Of a stretch of 64,000 nt of DNA, positions 1-17,311 are shown piece by piece. Below the pieces are notes generated by a model. The model was not told the origin of the DNA, did no database searches, and worked only from the letters and a program-made list of their open reading frames with translations. This DNA comes from Amoebidium appalachense (Eukaryota > Protista > Ichthyosporea). The stretch spans positions 1,984,001 through 2,048,000 of the forward strand of contig CAVNZM010000005.1 of the NCBI GenBank assembly GCA_963693365.1, read 5' to 3'. The position numbers were made by a program, and so were the translations under genes. Positions within the stretch are counted from its first letter, which is position 1. Every line of letters starts with the position of its first letter.

Positions 1-23
1 CTGTTTTCATTCTTTCCCGACAG

Positions 24-4766
<4,743 letters not shown>

Positions 4767-5627
4767 GTTGGATATGTATGTGATATATACTGATGGAAAG
4801 TATGCAAAAAGGGGCTAGGTCTAGGTTAGATGTGGGCTGGTACCGGTAGAAATGCAAATTCAGTACTATTTACTTGCTCGAAAGTTAAAGTACTAATATT
4901 AGTCTTGAGTATGCTGGGAAGAGGGTGGTGAATTTCGAACATTTCGAACATGATGGATTGTAGGATTACTGACAAAACGAGAGCTGAAACACGTTCAACA
5001 TAAGGAACAAGGCTTTGTAACAGGTTGTATTTTGCTATGCATGCTGAAATGGCATGGAATGCTAGTTTACACATGTCCGAGCTTGTTATATATGATACCC
5101 TGATGCCATTGACACTTGTCGGGTGCACCACTGTGCTTTTCGTCGTCGCTTTTTTGGTTGTCTTACACAGCAGTTACGAAATCTCAGGATTTCATGAATT
5201 TTCTCAACAGTAGAATCTACTTCATGACGCTGTACCTTTGTTTCCCAGTCAGGTGAAATAAAACCTGTGCCTTATGATGGCTCGTGTCGCTGCACTGCGC
5301 ACATTTCGTTGTGCATGGCACGTGTGCAAAGATCTTGTGTCCGGTGCAAAAATGTAGGATGGCAATCATGGCTTATGTACCGGAGAAGCATACACAATTG
5401 TGTATATGCATGCATTGCTGTGACCTCTCGCTGGTTAGCCTAAGTACCTCCATGATGAACCTCACGAACATGGATCATAATGCTTGCAATCCAGGATAAA
5501 TACGGAACCCACCATGTCATGCATTGGGACCAAATCCCGAAGGGATGGATCACCAAATGTGGCCACAAACACACAGCTCCCAGAGGAGCCACTATGTTGC
5601 AAAGTGTACGCATGCGCTTCAGAGTAG

Positions 5628-5735
5628 CCGCAACAACGTATACACGAATAGTGTTAACACATCCGCAACAAGGTATACACGAATAGTGTTAACACATCCG
5701 CAACAAAGTATACACGAATAGTGTTAACACATCCG
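5628..5735. repeat. 35-bp tandem repeat x3
   Basis: CAACAANGTATACACGAATAGTGTTAACACATCCG at 5631, 5666 and 5701, with no spacers. Confidence 0.95.
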
Positions 5736-6338
5736 GTTGCACACAAGGTCTACAAGGTGTTGGCAAGAACGTTCCACGGTGACATTTCGGTTCGGTAACC
5801 CAGTGCAGTCCAACAGGATGTTCCAAGTTCCACGTGGATGGCATGCCGAACACCCCTTCTCCGCCCCCTCCCCTTCCCCGGAAAATCATCCCTCCCCCTC
5901 CCCACACATACACGCAAAGCAACCGGTACCCACCACAAACACAACACCACGGAACAATAAAGAACACCATCAGTGGTTGCGCATGTAAAGCCAAACATGC
6001 AAAGGTCCAGTGTGCCGCAACTGCATGCACCCTCAAGCGCCACAAGAAATAGCACGGGAACAAGTATGCACAAAGCTCAACAGCAAGTGGTGCAAGGCAC
6101 ATAGGCCAAGCTGGGCACATTATCACACGGATGCTCACCGTACTTTCACTAACGGTTACTGTCATACAGAAACACGCGACACAAAAGGAGATACAAGCAC
6201 CAACAAAGGGGGTGCGAGATCACAAGACCAGGAGGCAGCACAGTTGGGGTTGCAAGAGTCTTGACCAGCAAGCCAGCTGATATTGCACCTTTATGTCTAT
6301 TTTTAGCGTCAACACCGCAGGACAGGGCCCAGTGGTGC

Positions 6339-9300
6339 TTAGACTCTGTAGCCACGGGACTTGCGGCGACCACGAGCGCGCTGAAGGGGAAGGGATGAGG
6401 TTAGAAGGTGGATAAAAAGACGCTCGCAAGAAGGGGGAACATGCAGGTTGGTGTACAGATGTACAAGGTATTGGAGGCATGTATACAATGGATCAGACAA
6501 AACATGCCCGTGACAGAATCGTCAAGCTCTACGGTACCATATTCACACCAAGTTTCTCATGCACAATCAGGAGCTCAGTCAGCCACCCCTAAAAGCAGAT
6601 GCTCTGCATTTCCCTCATCGAAATCCCAGCCTCCCCTCTCCCTACCCCGGACAACCACATGATGCTCACCACGCCTCTGGCAGGTGGACACCAAGGCCCT
6701 GTACCTGCAGAAACACGACATACCCACACAAAAAGAGAAAAAGAGTGAGCAAGCACACACACCTCGAACTTGCGGCCCTTGGACTCGATGTAGGGCTTGG
6801 CACTGCTGTTGGGCACACCGGGGGCACCGAAGTGCTTGTTGGCCTCACGGCTGTTGCGGGGGCCGCGGAGCAGCAGGCAGTTCTGGCCGTGGGGGTGGCG
6901 CAGAGCAAGCTGGTCGAAGGTCAGCGTCTCGCCGCCGGCCTTGACAATGCGGGCACGGGCGCTGGCAGTGAACCTGGAACGAAGCACGTGTGTGAGCAGA
7001 GGTGATGGGCATGTGGGAAAATAGCCGTGTTGAGATGATAGAGCCTGTGTGGAGAAGGTAATGGCTTGTGCATGTTTTTTGAAAAGGGGAAGATGGAGAA
7101 ACTGTGTGTAGGTGACAGCAGTGTTGCAAAGGCACTGGTTTGTGCATGTTTTTTGAGAAGGGGAAGATGGAGATAATTTTGTATAGGTGACAACAGTGTG
7201 TTGCAATGACGATGGCTTGTGCATATTTTTATGAGAAGGGGAAGATGGAGAAAATTTTGATATGCGACAGCAGTGTGTTGCAATGGTGTGAAATAAGTAC
7301 ATTTATGAAAAACACACACACACGAAGAAAGTGTTCCGGTAATGCAGAGTGACGGTGATGGTAACTTGAATCGAAGAGTCTGCTTTGTCCATCGCCCAAA
7401 GTTCACAACTGAACAACGAACTGAGCCGATGACCAACACAACGCTGGTTCCCAACACGTATGCGGCTACTGATCAACGTGACGAGTAACTATCTCAGCAA
7501 CTCTGTTCCTGACCGATTGAGATGTTTCTGGTGTCCGCCTCAGCCACAATCCTTATTCCAATACGGTAGCCCACCTTCTCTGTTGCTGCAGTCTATTTAC
7601 CTCTGCACCACTAGGCGCAGCCATGAAGAACAAAGCTATGAAGGCTACTGGTGAAGGGCACTTCCGGTGGCCAAGTGCGGCCCATTTACTGTTCACAGCA
7701 AGCCTAACAAGCAGAGCAATGAAGTGGCACTCTTTTCTGGCAAATTCTTCCTTTGAGAGTTATAACCGGGCACGGTCCGTTGAATTCCTTTCTCCCGTTG
7801 CTTTCTCGCACAGCCTGTCGGTCAGATGTGCCTGTTGCTACACCTGCACCCCACCACCCAGCACTGTGCTTACCTGAGGGCGCAGACCTTCAGGCCCTTG
7901 GGGGCGTCGAGCATGCGCTTGTCATCGGTGACGGTGCCCACCACCACAACGGTCTTGCCATCCTTGCCCTTGGCCAGGCGGGCAATCTTGGACAGAGACA
8001 GAGGCGGCCTGTTCATGCGGGACATAAACAGACGCTTCAGGATCACCTTGTTGAACTTGGAGTCTGTGCGCCGGGCAAGGAACCGGTACAGCTGTGGCGC
8101 CAACAGTCAGACACACCACAGGCACACATTCTCACACCTATTACTTCGATTGTTGCATTCCAGCTTCCGTTTCCAGTAGAGAAACCACACATTCTCACAC
8201 CTATTACTTCGATTGTTGCATTCCAGCTTCCGTTTCCAGTAGAGAAACCACTGCCGCTCTCAGCACTTCTGCCAGACACAGCACGAACAGCCAAGCTCCA
8301 ACCTAGCTTGTGACACTAGCAGGGCTCTGTCACCCCCGCTCAACAACTAAAAACTGCAGGCAAGTCCCTGTTTATGAAGAAAAACTAGCCTAATGTCCTG
8401 TGGTAAGGACTGAGCCCGATGCACCCACAACCGTTTGATACCCTGTGTTGATTGCACCATCACAAGCAACAACGTGAAGTCACTCATCCTCTGTACCAGC
8501 AAGCTTGCTGACAAAGGCACACAGCCTTACAATACAGAAACCCCACACCTACACATCTGCAAAAATAAATCTCAACCATGTAATGCAGTACGGTACAGGT
8601 CAACCAGGACTACATCAAGTGTCGGCAAGTAGGTGCGGTCTCACCCTCCCGTTCTCGTTTTCGAAACACGGGCGAGCTGGCTTCCCAACCGTTGTTTCCC
8701 ACAGCCCCTCACTCCCTCCCCCCACTCCCGGTTTCGGAAAAAACTACTTAGCACCACGTACCTTCACCAAGAGTGTGACGTACACATTCTTGCTTGCAGC
8801 CGCAGTGCGGTTGCTCTTCTTCTTATTGCGGTGGTCCAGATCGATCCCCTACAGAAAATATTGAATGTTAGGTTGGTAAAAATAAGGGGGGTGGTAGGAT
8901 TCCATGAAACGGAGGTTCCCTTTCTATCAAAATCCGGCCCCTAACCAGCCACTGTTAAGCGTTCATAAGAGGAAAAAATTTCCCATCGATTGATTTTCGA
9001 AATTGTCAGACACGAAGGCTGTTCGTTGGAAGGTGGGTGATGTGATGATTCGCACCATCGTCGCTCAATCTCTCGGTAGTCCGATTCTCCTAGGTCACGG
9101 CCAGTTGACCCAGACACAGATATCACCTGGATGCCGCTGGATTGCTGTGGATTGTTCCCTCTCTCTCGTCCAAACTCCACCCTTACACGGATGCGATTAA
9201 CCTACATCCACTTCCCCGGTGATACGGCCCTATCCTATCCATTCATGACTTCCTACGCAGCACCCCTATCCATCGCTTTTGTGAAATATATCCGCGCTGC

Positions 9301-9396
9301 ATCCAACGTATCCTCTATCCATCGTTTCTCCAAGGCTTGCTTATGACTAGGTAGTATCTTAAACACATGGAATACGAAGGCTGAGATTCGTACCAT
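6339..9396 (-). CDS. RPL18: 60S ribosomal protein L18 (eL18), 5 coding exons, 186 aa
   Basis: Exons (minus) 9396-9394 (ATG only), 8848-8762, 8091-7874, 6973-6763, 6380-6339; all introns GT-AG. Translation: [119 protein letters not shown]. Confidence 0.98.
7061..7285. repeat. About 76-bp diverged tandem repeat x3 in RPL18 intron 3
   Basis: Unit TGG.TTGTGCAT.TTTT..GA.AAGGGGAAGATGGAGA..GACA.CAGTGT..TGCAA repeated three times. Confidence 0.85.
8123..8250. repeat. 63-bp perfect tandem duplication in RPL18 intron 2
   Basis: CACACATTCTCACACCTATTACTTCGATTGTTGCATTCCAGCTTCCGTTTCCAGTAGAGAAAC occurs twice. Confidence 0.95.
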
Positions 9397-9414
9397 GGCG
9401 ACGTTCTCCGGTCC

Positions 9415-9431
9415 GAGGAGGAAAGGAAAGG
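9415..9431 (-). promoter_or_regulatory. 5' terminal oligopyrimidine (TOP/TCT-like) tract of RPL18
   Basis: The minus strand reads CCTTTCCTTTCCTCCTC about 20 nt upstream of the RPL18 ATG, the usual transcription-start signature of ribosomal protein genes. The TSS itself is not verified. Confidence 0.65.
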
Positions 9432-9895
9432 CACACACAGAAGCCGAAGTCTTTTCAGTCAGCCCGCCTGCTCGCGGCTGCCTCACGTGCCAGTCATTAT
9501 AACTCAACTGCTGTTGATAAAATGATCCAACCACCATAGGTATTCGTAAATGCTAGCCCGGAAATAACAAATTGCTTTATCTATGATTGGTTGTGGTTAA
9601 CAGATCTGCATGCCATTCTTTATGACGATTCAGCTTTCTGTCTTCAAAAACGAAGGGCGCGAAGTTCCGGAAGTTTTGCACACGAAACATCGTTACAACT
9701 CATGTTTACCAAGGGCAAGCAAGAGCTAAAGCCACAACAGTGAATACCTTCTAGCAGTTCTCGTGAGGTTTCATGTTTTCTTTCTTTTCTGGATGAACAA
9801 ATGTCATATAGAAAGATTAAAGCTTTAAGTCCTAACATCACAAGATCACGGACAGGGGCACGAATTCCCGCCTTGTACATGTGAAGTGATATCTA
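9432..9895. promoter_or_regulatory. Probable bidirectional promoter, RPL18 / GT32
   Basis: About 500 bp between divergent start codons, free of microsatellites; ATTGG (CCAAT box) at 9586-9590 and CCGGAA motifs near 9558 and 9667. Confidence 0.55.
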
Positions 9896-11108
9896 ATGCA
9901 GCTCCAGGCTCTACTTTTGAGGGTTGTGCTCCGCTGCCTCCTATTCCTCTTTCTTGCTTATTCTTTATACTACTTATTTTGTAAGCCATTTTACGGCACG
10001 AGGGTATCAACAAAATTGATAATGCTGTCCAATTCTCAGTCTGAATCGGTCAAGGTCAGCACACAAACTCTGGAAGCAAGCAAGCGTGAACCACACCAGT
10101 CCCTCGGCCGCATCTTGAACCCGGTAGCGACCTCTATTTTTCTTGACGGATTAAAGAAAGCTTGCTCAACAAATGCCTCTGTAAGCTATGCACCTGAGAG
10201 CGAGCACCACATACAACCATGCTTGAGATACCTTAAAGAACACAAAAATGGTGGTCAACTAGGTGCCCGAGAGTTCACCGGAACTTGCACCCCATTGCAA
10301 TTTCACACGTATTGGAAAGGAGTGCTTGGCCCCTTGCAAATACTATCCATACTTTCATTTGTTAAAACTCAGTCTCCCTGCTCAACTTTAAACGTTTGGC
10401 TGCATGGCCACAACGGACACTATGAGCTCTCGGAGTTTGCGCTGTTGAAGAAGCGGTGCATGAGGGGAAGGGTTGTACTGCAGAAACTTCAGAAGCAGCA
10501 GTTGCTCGACTTAGCACGTGGTACCATTTTGGAGGTACCCCCCCCCCCCCCCCCCCCCTCCCCAACCCCCCACACCTCCCCCCACCCTCCACCCTTCCAC
10601 TTGCCCTCCGCCCCTCCCCCCTTCCCTGTCTTAACCAATCCCCAGCAGCACGATGCTCACAGCAGCGTTGTAGTGTACGGGTTGAACTGCAACTGTCCAC
10701 GTATGCCATGTATATACAACAGACACATGCATACACAAACACACACACGTATGCACTATGCACACACACGGTGTCAAACACATACACTCACACTTAACAC
10801 ATGCACACCCACAAGCATATGCACACACGCATGTACAAGCCAAGCACACATTGTGCGCGCACACACGTGTGTGCGCGCACACACGCAAACACCCACACAC
10901 TACACGCACACACACAGCCACGCACACAAGCACATGGGCACGCCTAATCTTGTGTGTGCAGCTTCACAAGCACGCATATCACCCAAAAGCAGCAAAAAAG
11001 GAACGTAATACGTAGATGGCATGCATTTGTACCTATCTGGTCACTTATGCGCACAGGGACCTCACTGTGTCGCCATGAACATCTTTGTGCACCCTCTTGC
11101 TCCAACCC

Positions 11109-11177
<69 letters not shown>

Positions 11178-11636
11178 ACACACACACAAACACACGCACA
11201 CTGTGACACACACACACACACACACACATACAGTGGCTCTCTCTCTCTTTTTTTCTCTCTCGCCCCTCTCCCTTCCCTCCATCTCCCCTCCTCCCCTCCC
11301 TCCCTCTAAGATTTCCCCCTCCATCCCAGAACTCCCTTCTTTCTTAATCCTCCGGTCTGGTTATCGTATGGCCATGATGCCGCAACTTTTTCTCTGCTTG
11401 TTTTCTGTGTACCGGCATGATCACTAAGTACCCCCAAGTAGAGCCGTGACGGCCCATACTTCCTCGTTGCCCTTTGTCTTTATAACTCATCATTTTTCTA
11501 GGAGCCTTCACTTGATCATTTAACTCCTCAGGACAACAACCGCCCTCACACACACACACTCACTCACTCACTCACTCACTCAATCACTGACTCACTCACT
11601 CACTCACTCACTCACTCACTCACTCACTCACATGCG

Positions 11637-11694
<58 letters not shown>

Positions 11695-12223
11695 CACACA
11701 CACACGCACACACACAAACTCACAAACTCACAAACTCACACACACGCACACACGCACACATGTGCGTACGCACATATGCACCTAAACACACACACGTGCA
11801 CACTCCTCCCTCCCCCCTCCCCCCCCCCCCCCCCAAAAAAAAAAAAAAAAAAAAAAAGGAGAAGAAGAAAGAAAGAAAGAACTACATAAAAAGAGATAGA
11901 AGAAGAAAAGGGACAAAGATAAAAAATCCTTCATCTCCCTACTCTTTCTTGTTGTCTCGTCCAGCTTTGTTCTCTTCCACGTACCTCCCCTCGCTTCCTT
12001 ATTCGTTGTCCTCTCCCTCCCTTCCCTCCTTTCCCATCCACCCCTCTCATCCTGACGCACCCCTTCCTCCCATTTACCCCCTTCTCCCCCCACCCTCCCC
12101 CACCCCAACCCCCGCCCCACCTACCCTCCACCAGCACCAGAAGACGATTACCGTACATACGTACGTGTGCGTGCACACACAAAAATACACGCGCACGCGC
12201 ACGCGCACGCGCACCCACCCACC

Positions 12224-12255
<32 letters not shown>

Positions 12256-12359
12256 CACACGCACGCACACTCACTCACTCACACACACTCACACTCACTC
12301 ACACACACTCACACTCACACTCACACTCACACTCACACTCACTCTCACTCTCACACTCA

Positions 12360-12398
<39 letters not shown>

Positions 12399-13027
12399 AC
12401 ACGCACACTCACAGGCACAAGCAGAGCACTATGCCACCACAGTCGACTCCCCCGACCCCACCGCCATAAATGCCACCCCGTTTTCAGACTTCATCCGCAT
12501 GCTCCTGTTTCTTCGCCATGGGGGTGTGTGGTTTGACATCGACACGGTGCTACTCCGTGATTTTAAACCCCTGCTAGACTACGAGTTTGTCTACAGGTGT
12601 GTGCTTCTTTCACTCTCGGTGATTCTGTGTTTGTTTCCCTTTCTGCCTCCCAAGCTCGGAGCCTATACCACCCTCCTCTCTCCTTCCCATCCACCCATGC
12701 GCCCTGTCCTTTTTATATGGCAACAGGTGCACAGAGCTCATTGTACATAATCAACACACACATTGGGACACGTGTCTACGTGTGCGTAATATTGTGCGGA
12801 AAACAATTTACAAACAGGAACTTCCATGGCCACACATAAAAATACACACGCACACATCCTCAGTGATCTTAATAGGTGTGACTTGTGCATGCATCCACAA
12901 ACACGTACTGTGTACTTACACAACACAAGCATGACGCACACATGCAAGCACACATCGTACATGGAAGCACATGTATGGGGGGCACCCGCCCCAAAATGCA
13001 CTTGCGCACGCGCATACGAGCGCGCGC

Positions 13028-13111
<84 letters not shown>

Positions 13112-13385
13112 CACAAATGACATACAAACTTGCAAACACGCACACATACACCCCACACCTTGTCCCATCCCATAACCCAAACACACATCGTCACATGCCT
13201 GTCTATATGCACACGCACACACACATACATATACATGCACAACCGCAACAGGGTACCTGATCACAGCGAACACATTAAGCAACCCGATGGCAAACCCTTG
13301 TCATTTCCTGTTTGAACCCCTCCCACCCGTCCCATCCGTCTTCACTTTTTTTTTTTTTTTTTTTTTTTTTTTTGGTGGGGGGGTA

Positions 13386-13419
<34 letters not shown>

Positions 13420-13949
13420 CGGCATGTCGATACATGCTTCTTTCTATGGTATCCACATCCGGTACATAGTCCTGTGGTAAATTTTGTCTATATTTAATTT
13501 TAACACTAAAAATTAAAAACTAAACTGTCTCCCCAACCCACAGGTGGTCCATGGCCGACACGTTCAACACGGCCATATCACACTTCCACCCAAACAGCTC
13601 TCTCCTACCGTCATTGATTGCACACAACACGACGAATCTCCACCCCGACACCATCTCACAATCATGCAAAGACATCCCTTTATGCCGGGAAGGTCTCGTC
13701 GTTTTCCCTTCGTATTTGTTCGACCCCTATTGGGTCATGGTTGACAAAAAGTACTTCCCGAATGACTTCAGCCCGTATAGTGAAAACTACACAGGAAAAT
13801 TTGAAGATTTTTTTACGGCAGCACGCAATGAGAATGAGAGTGTGAGATTTTTTGAGGGTGTTTTTGCCTATCATTGGCATAACCACTGGAATGCAAAGAT
13901 CACGGGCGGAACATGGGCACATTATTTCCAGGAAAAGTTCAAGTGCTAG
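9896..13949 (+). CDS. DXD-motif glycosyltransferase (GT32 / Gly_transf_sug family), type II membrane protein, about 408 aa
   Basis: Exons 9896-10534, 12415-12596 and 13544-13949 are in frame via GT-AG introns. N-terminal signal anchor ([22 protein letters not shown]), [41 protein letters not shown] (DxD motif), [19 protein letters not shown]. Confidence 0.9.
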
Positions 13950-14616
13950 CCTTTGAGGTGATAATATTTAGGTCCTGATATGAGTGGATACACCATGTGA
14001 CAATTGCAATGCTGTGAGAGCGTCTAATGATAACAGCCAAACTGAATACAGCTATAAAATACAATAATACCTGTCTAGGTTTGTTCCCATAAATGATTGG
14101 GCCGTGCCTAATGCGTTGGTTTTGGTACGTACAGCTCCAAAAGTGCATGCAAACCAGGTAACAACGTCCATAGAGATCACGTGACAGTGTATTGATGTAA
14201 CCTACAATCTAGTTTAGTGTGGTGGCGGTAGTGCTGCAGAGTGATTAAAGAATAAGGGGACGCCGTGCTGATATGATTATAATTAAACTTTCTATTTTCA
14301 GTTTTGCACGCATTGTGCCTAACAACACGTATGATTATCTGTGTCGTGGCTCATGATGAAACAGTTACTGCAGTATGCATACTGACTCTCATGATATTAG
14401 AGTGAGAGCCGTGTGTAAGCTACACCAAAATGCGTAGGGATCTCTCGCTATGAGCCGGTTACGGCAACAGTAATCGTCTGTAGTACCAGGTGTGCAAGAA
14501 ATTGACCTTTGTGGAACGCGTACGATATCTGTATGTAGTTTCAAAGTTTAAATATTTTCGTTTGTCAAGATTAGCCCAGCAGGCTACCCATTGAACCAGT
14601 CGGGGGAGGGGTCTGC

Positions 14617-14659
<43 letters not shown>

Positions 14660-15101
14660 ACACCTTTCCCCCCGGCGCCCTCGGGCTTGGTTCACCGACA
14701 TCACATGCATGACCCCGGGCCCAATTGTATAGCGCTATATTCAGGATAGAATGAATCGGCATTTCGCAAAACAATTTAAGCTTTCCTGACTATCTCTGTT
14801 TTAAAAAACTATACTGTTCTCGGTATGAGAATAATATTGCTTTTTGCTGGATATTTCTGCGTTTGACAGAATAATTTTGTTTTTTGCATGATCGGATTCT
14901 GCTTTGCACAAGTGCGTGTGTTCTGCTGCCGCATGTGATCAGCAGAATGCATGCTGTAAAGAAGTTCTTTATTGATTAATTCACCTTCAGCTCCCACCAA
15001 GTTCATTCAGCCCATGCCGCTACAATTGCCCCCTTGCATGATATCTTCCTCCCGTGGGGCCCAATTCTGTGTGTGTTGTTGTTGTTGTTGTTGTTGTTGT
15101 T

Positions 15102-15186
<85 letters not shown>

Positions 15187-15895
15187 ATGCGGGAAAGTGG
15201 GTTGTGGGAGTGGTGTGGTGGTGGTGGGCCTGAGGGAATGTACGGATGGGACTTGCACATGTAGTACATGTACATGTGAAACAATGGCATGGATTTGCAC
15301 CGCCACTCAGGGATTCAAAGCTGGGGGGAGGCCTAGGGTATAGAGGGGTTGACTGTTATACACGTGGGAGCTGTACAAAGGCGCACACGAACATCACTAT
15401 CACCTTTCCGTACAGGTGCACCATACATAAGCCAAGCTTGTCAGACTCACCAGGGCTTGATCAAGAGACATTCACACCATGGGTAAACGAAAACCCGGCC
15501 TGATCCCGGATGGTGCTTATTAACAGCAAAGAGGCCGTTTATTGCACTAACAGCACGTAGATTGCAGATTCCACACAGAGGAATACAATACACTTGCCCC
15601 GTCACAATGTCTTAGCCACGTGTTGGCAAGGAAAGGCTACACGGGAGAGAGTTGATACATTAGAGAGCAGCCAGCAATGCTTATCCTGCATCTAGATGAA
15701 CACTAAGTCTACAAAGTCCCGTGTTGAATATAATTCTTCGGTGCTCGAAATTCTTACAAAATACAGAGTAAAACGGGGATTGGTGTCAAAGTAAAAAAAA
15801 TACATTAGTGTAAACGACACATTGCTACAAAGTGATAAAATTGACAAAGTGATAAGACTGATATACACGTGCATCTATATGTAGCACACTACGGC

Positions 15896-17276
15896 CTACT
15901 CGGTAATGTCGGCCACCAGATCGCCGGCCCCGAGCTCCTCACCGACATTGCAGGTCAGCCGGGTGATGGTGCCGCCAACGGGCGCAGAAACGACCGTCTG
16001 GGGGGGCATGGTGTGTTAGTGTATGTTTGGATATTCAGAGTGTATAACAGCGGTGTAATGGGTGCTCATCCAATGTCGGTGGGCGTCAGGGGGGAAAAGA
16101 GTGTGGGATAAGCAAGAGGGTGTGTGCAAGAAACGCCCTCCCCCCTTCCACTCTCTGTGTGTGTTTTCATGTGTGTGTGTGTGTGTTGAAGGGGAAGGGA
16201 GGGAGGGAGGGGGGGGGGGGGGGGTCGCAAAGCATGAACTACACACTCACGACAGATAACACTGCAAACTCAGTGTCGATTAAATAGAACGAACAGAGTC
16301 CGTTCTCCGAGTGAGGGAGGGAGGGAGGGAGGGAGATGGGGGAGGGGGGCATTCTCCAAGGGAAGGAGGGAGGGGGGGAGGGGGAGACTCAAAATAACTT
16401 GTAACGAATTCGAAAGACATGCAGGGTGACCACCCAGAACACAGATCACGACAGAGTGGCATGCGCCGATTAACACCACAGCAAACCACACAGAACGGTG
16501 TAAGCCATGCATGCAAAGCACTGACCTCCATCTTCATTGCCGACATGACCACCAACGGGTCACCCTTGGCCACCTTGTCGCCGACCTTGACCTTGAGCCC
16601 AATGATGGACCCGGGCATGGGGGCACCCACACTGCCCTTGCGCGTCTTATCGGCCTTGTCCTTGACCTTGACACCCAGCGACTGTGGGGAGAGACGTACG
16701 TGAGTGTGTGTAGTGGGTGTTGGGAAGAATAGGCATGAAAAATGTACATGGGTGTGATGGTTGTTGGGTAAGCAAATGCACTCGTGTCTTGGAGACCTGT
16801 ATGTCTGCCTGTGGCATGATAAAGGACATCAAAGACAGGGTGCAAAGATGTGTGTAGACGTTGCGAGGAAACAGCATCAAAACCACCATTGCAGCTCACA
16901 AGCCACTGAAACGTGAGTAAAAGAAAGAATGATGGTACCATCTTCAACGATATTGGGTGCACCCAGAATCTGTGCACCTAAACCCACAGATATAAATATC
17001 ACGGGCAGAACCGTCCAAACCCTCACAGGCTTTCAAGTTATTGGGGTGTGCTGCATACTAGCAGTCAAGGTGCGAGTGTGAGGCCTACCTTGGCTGCCTT
17101 CTTGTCCTGCACGTAGATGGAGCGGGGCTGGCCGTTCATCTCGAAGAACAACTCACGGAACCCGGCAGAATCCAAACTGCCCAGCGCCTGGTAGGTGATG
17201 TGCAGTGTCTTGCCTGCATGGGGGGCAACGTGAGCACGGGCAATGTGCAGGTAGAGAGGCCGTGTGTTAAGTTACT

Positions 17277-17311
<35 letters not shown>

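Noticed and set aside
5628-5735. CRISPR-like 35-bp partly palindromic repeats
   Set aside because: The units are directly adjacent with no spacers, there are no cas genes, and the context is eukaryotic. It is a minisatellite.
6488-6626. Possible C/D box snoRNA in RPL18 intron 4 (TCGATGA ... GTCTGA with a short GGA/TCC stem, minus strand)
   Set aside because: The C box is imperfect and I could not match the guide (CACGGGCATGTTTTG) to an rRNA or snRNA target. It needs a snoscan or Rfam search.
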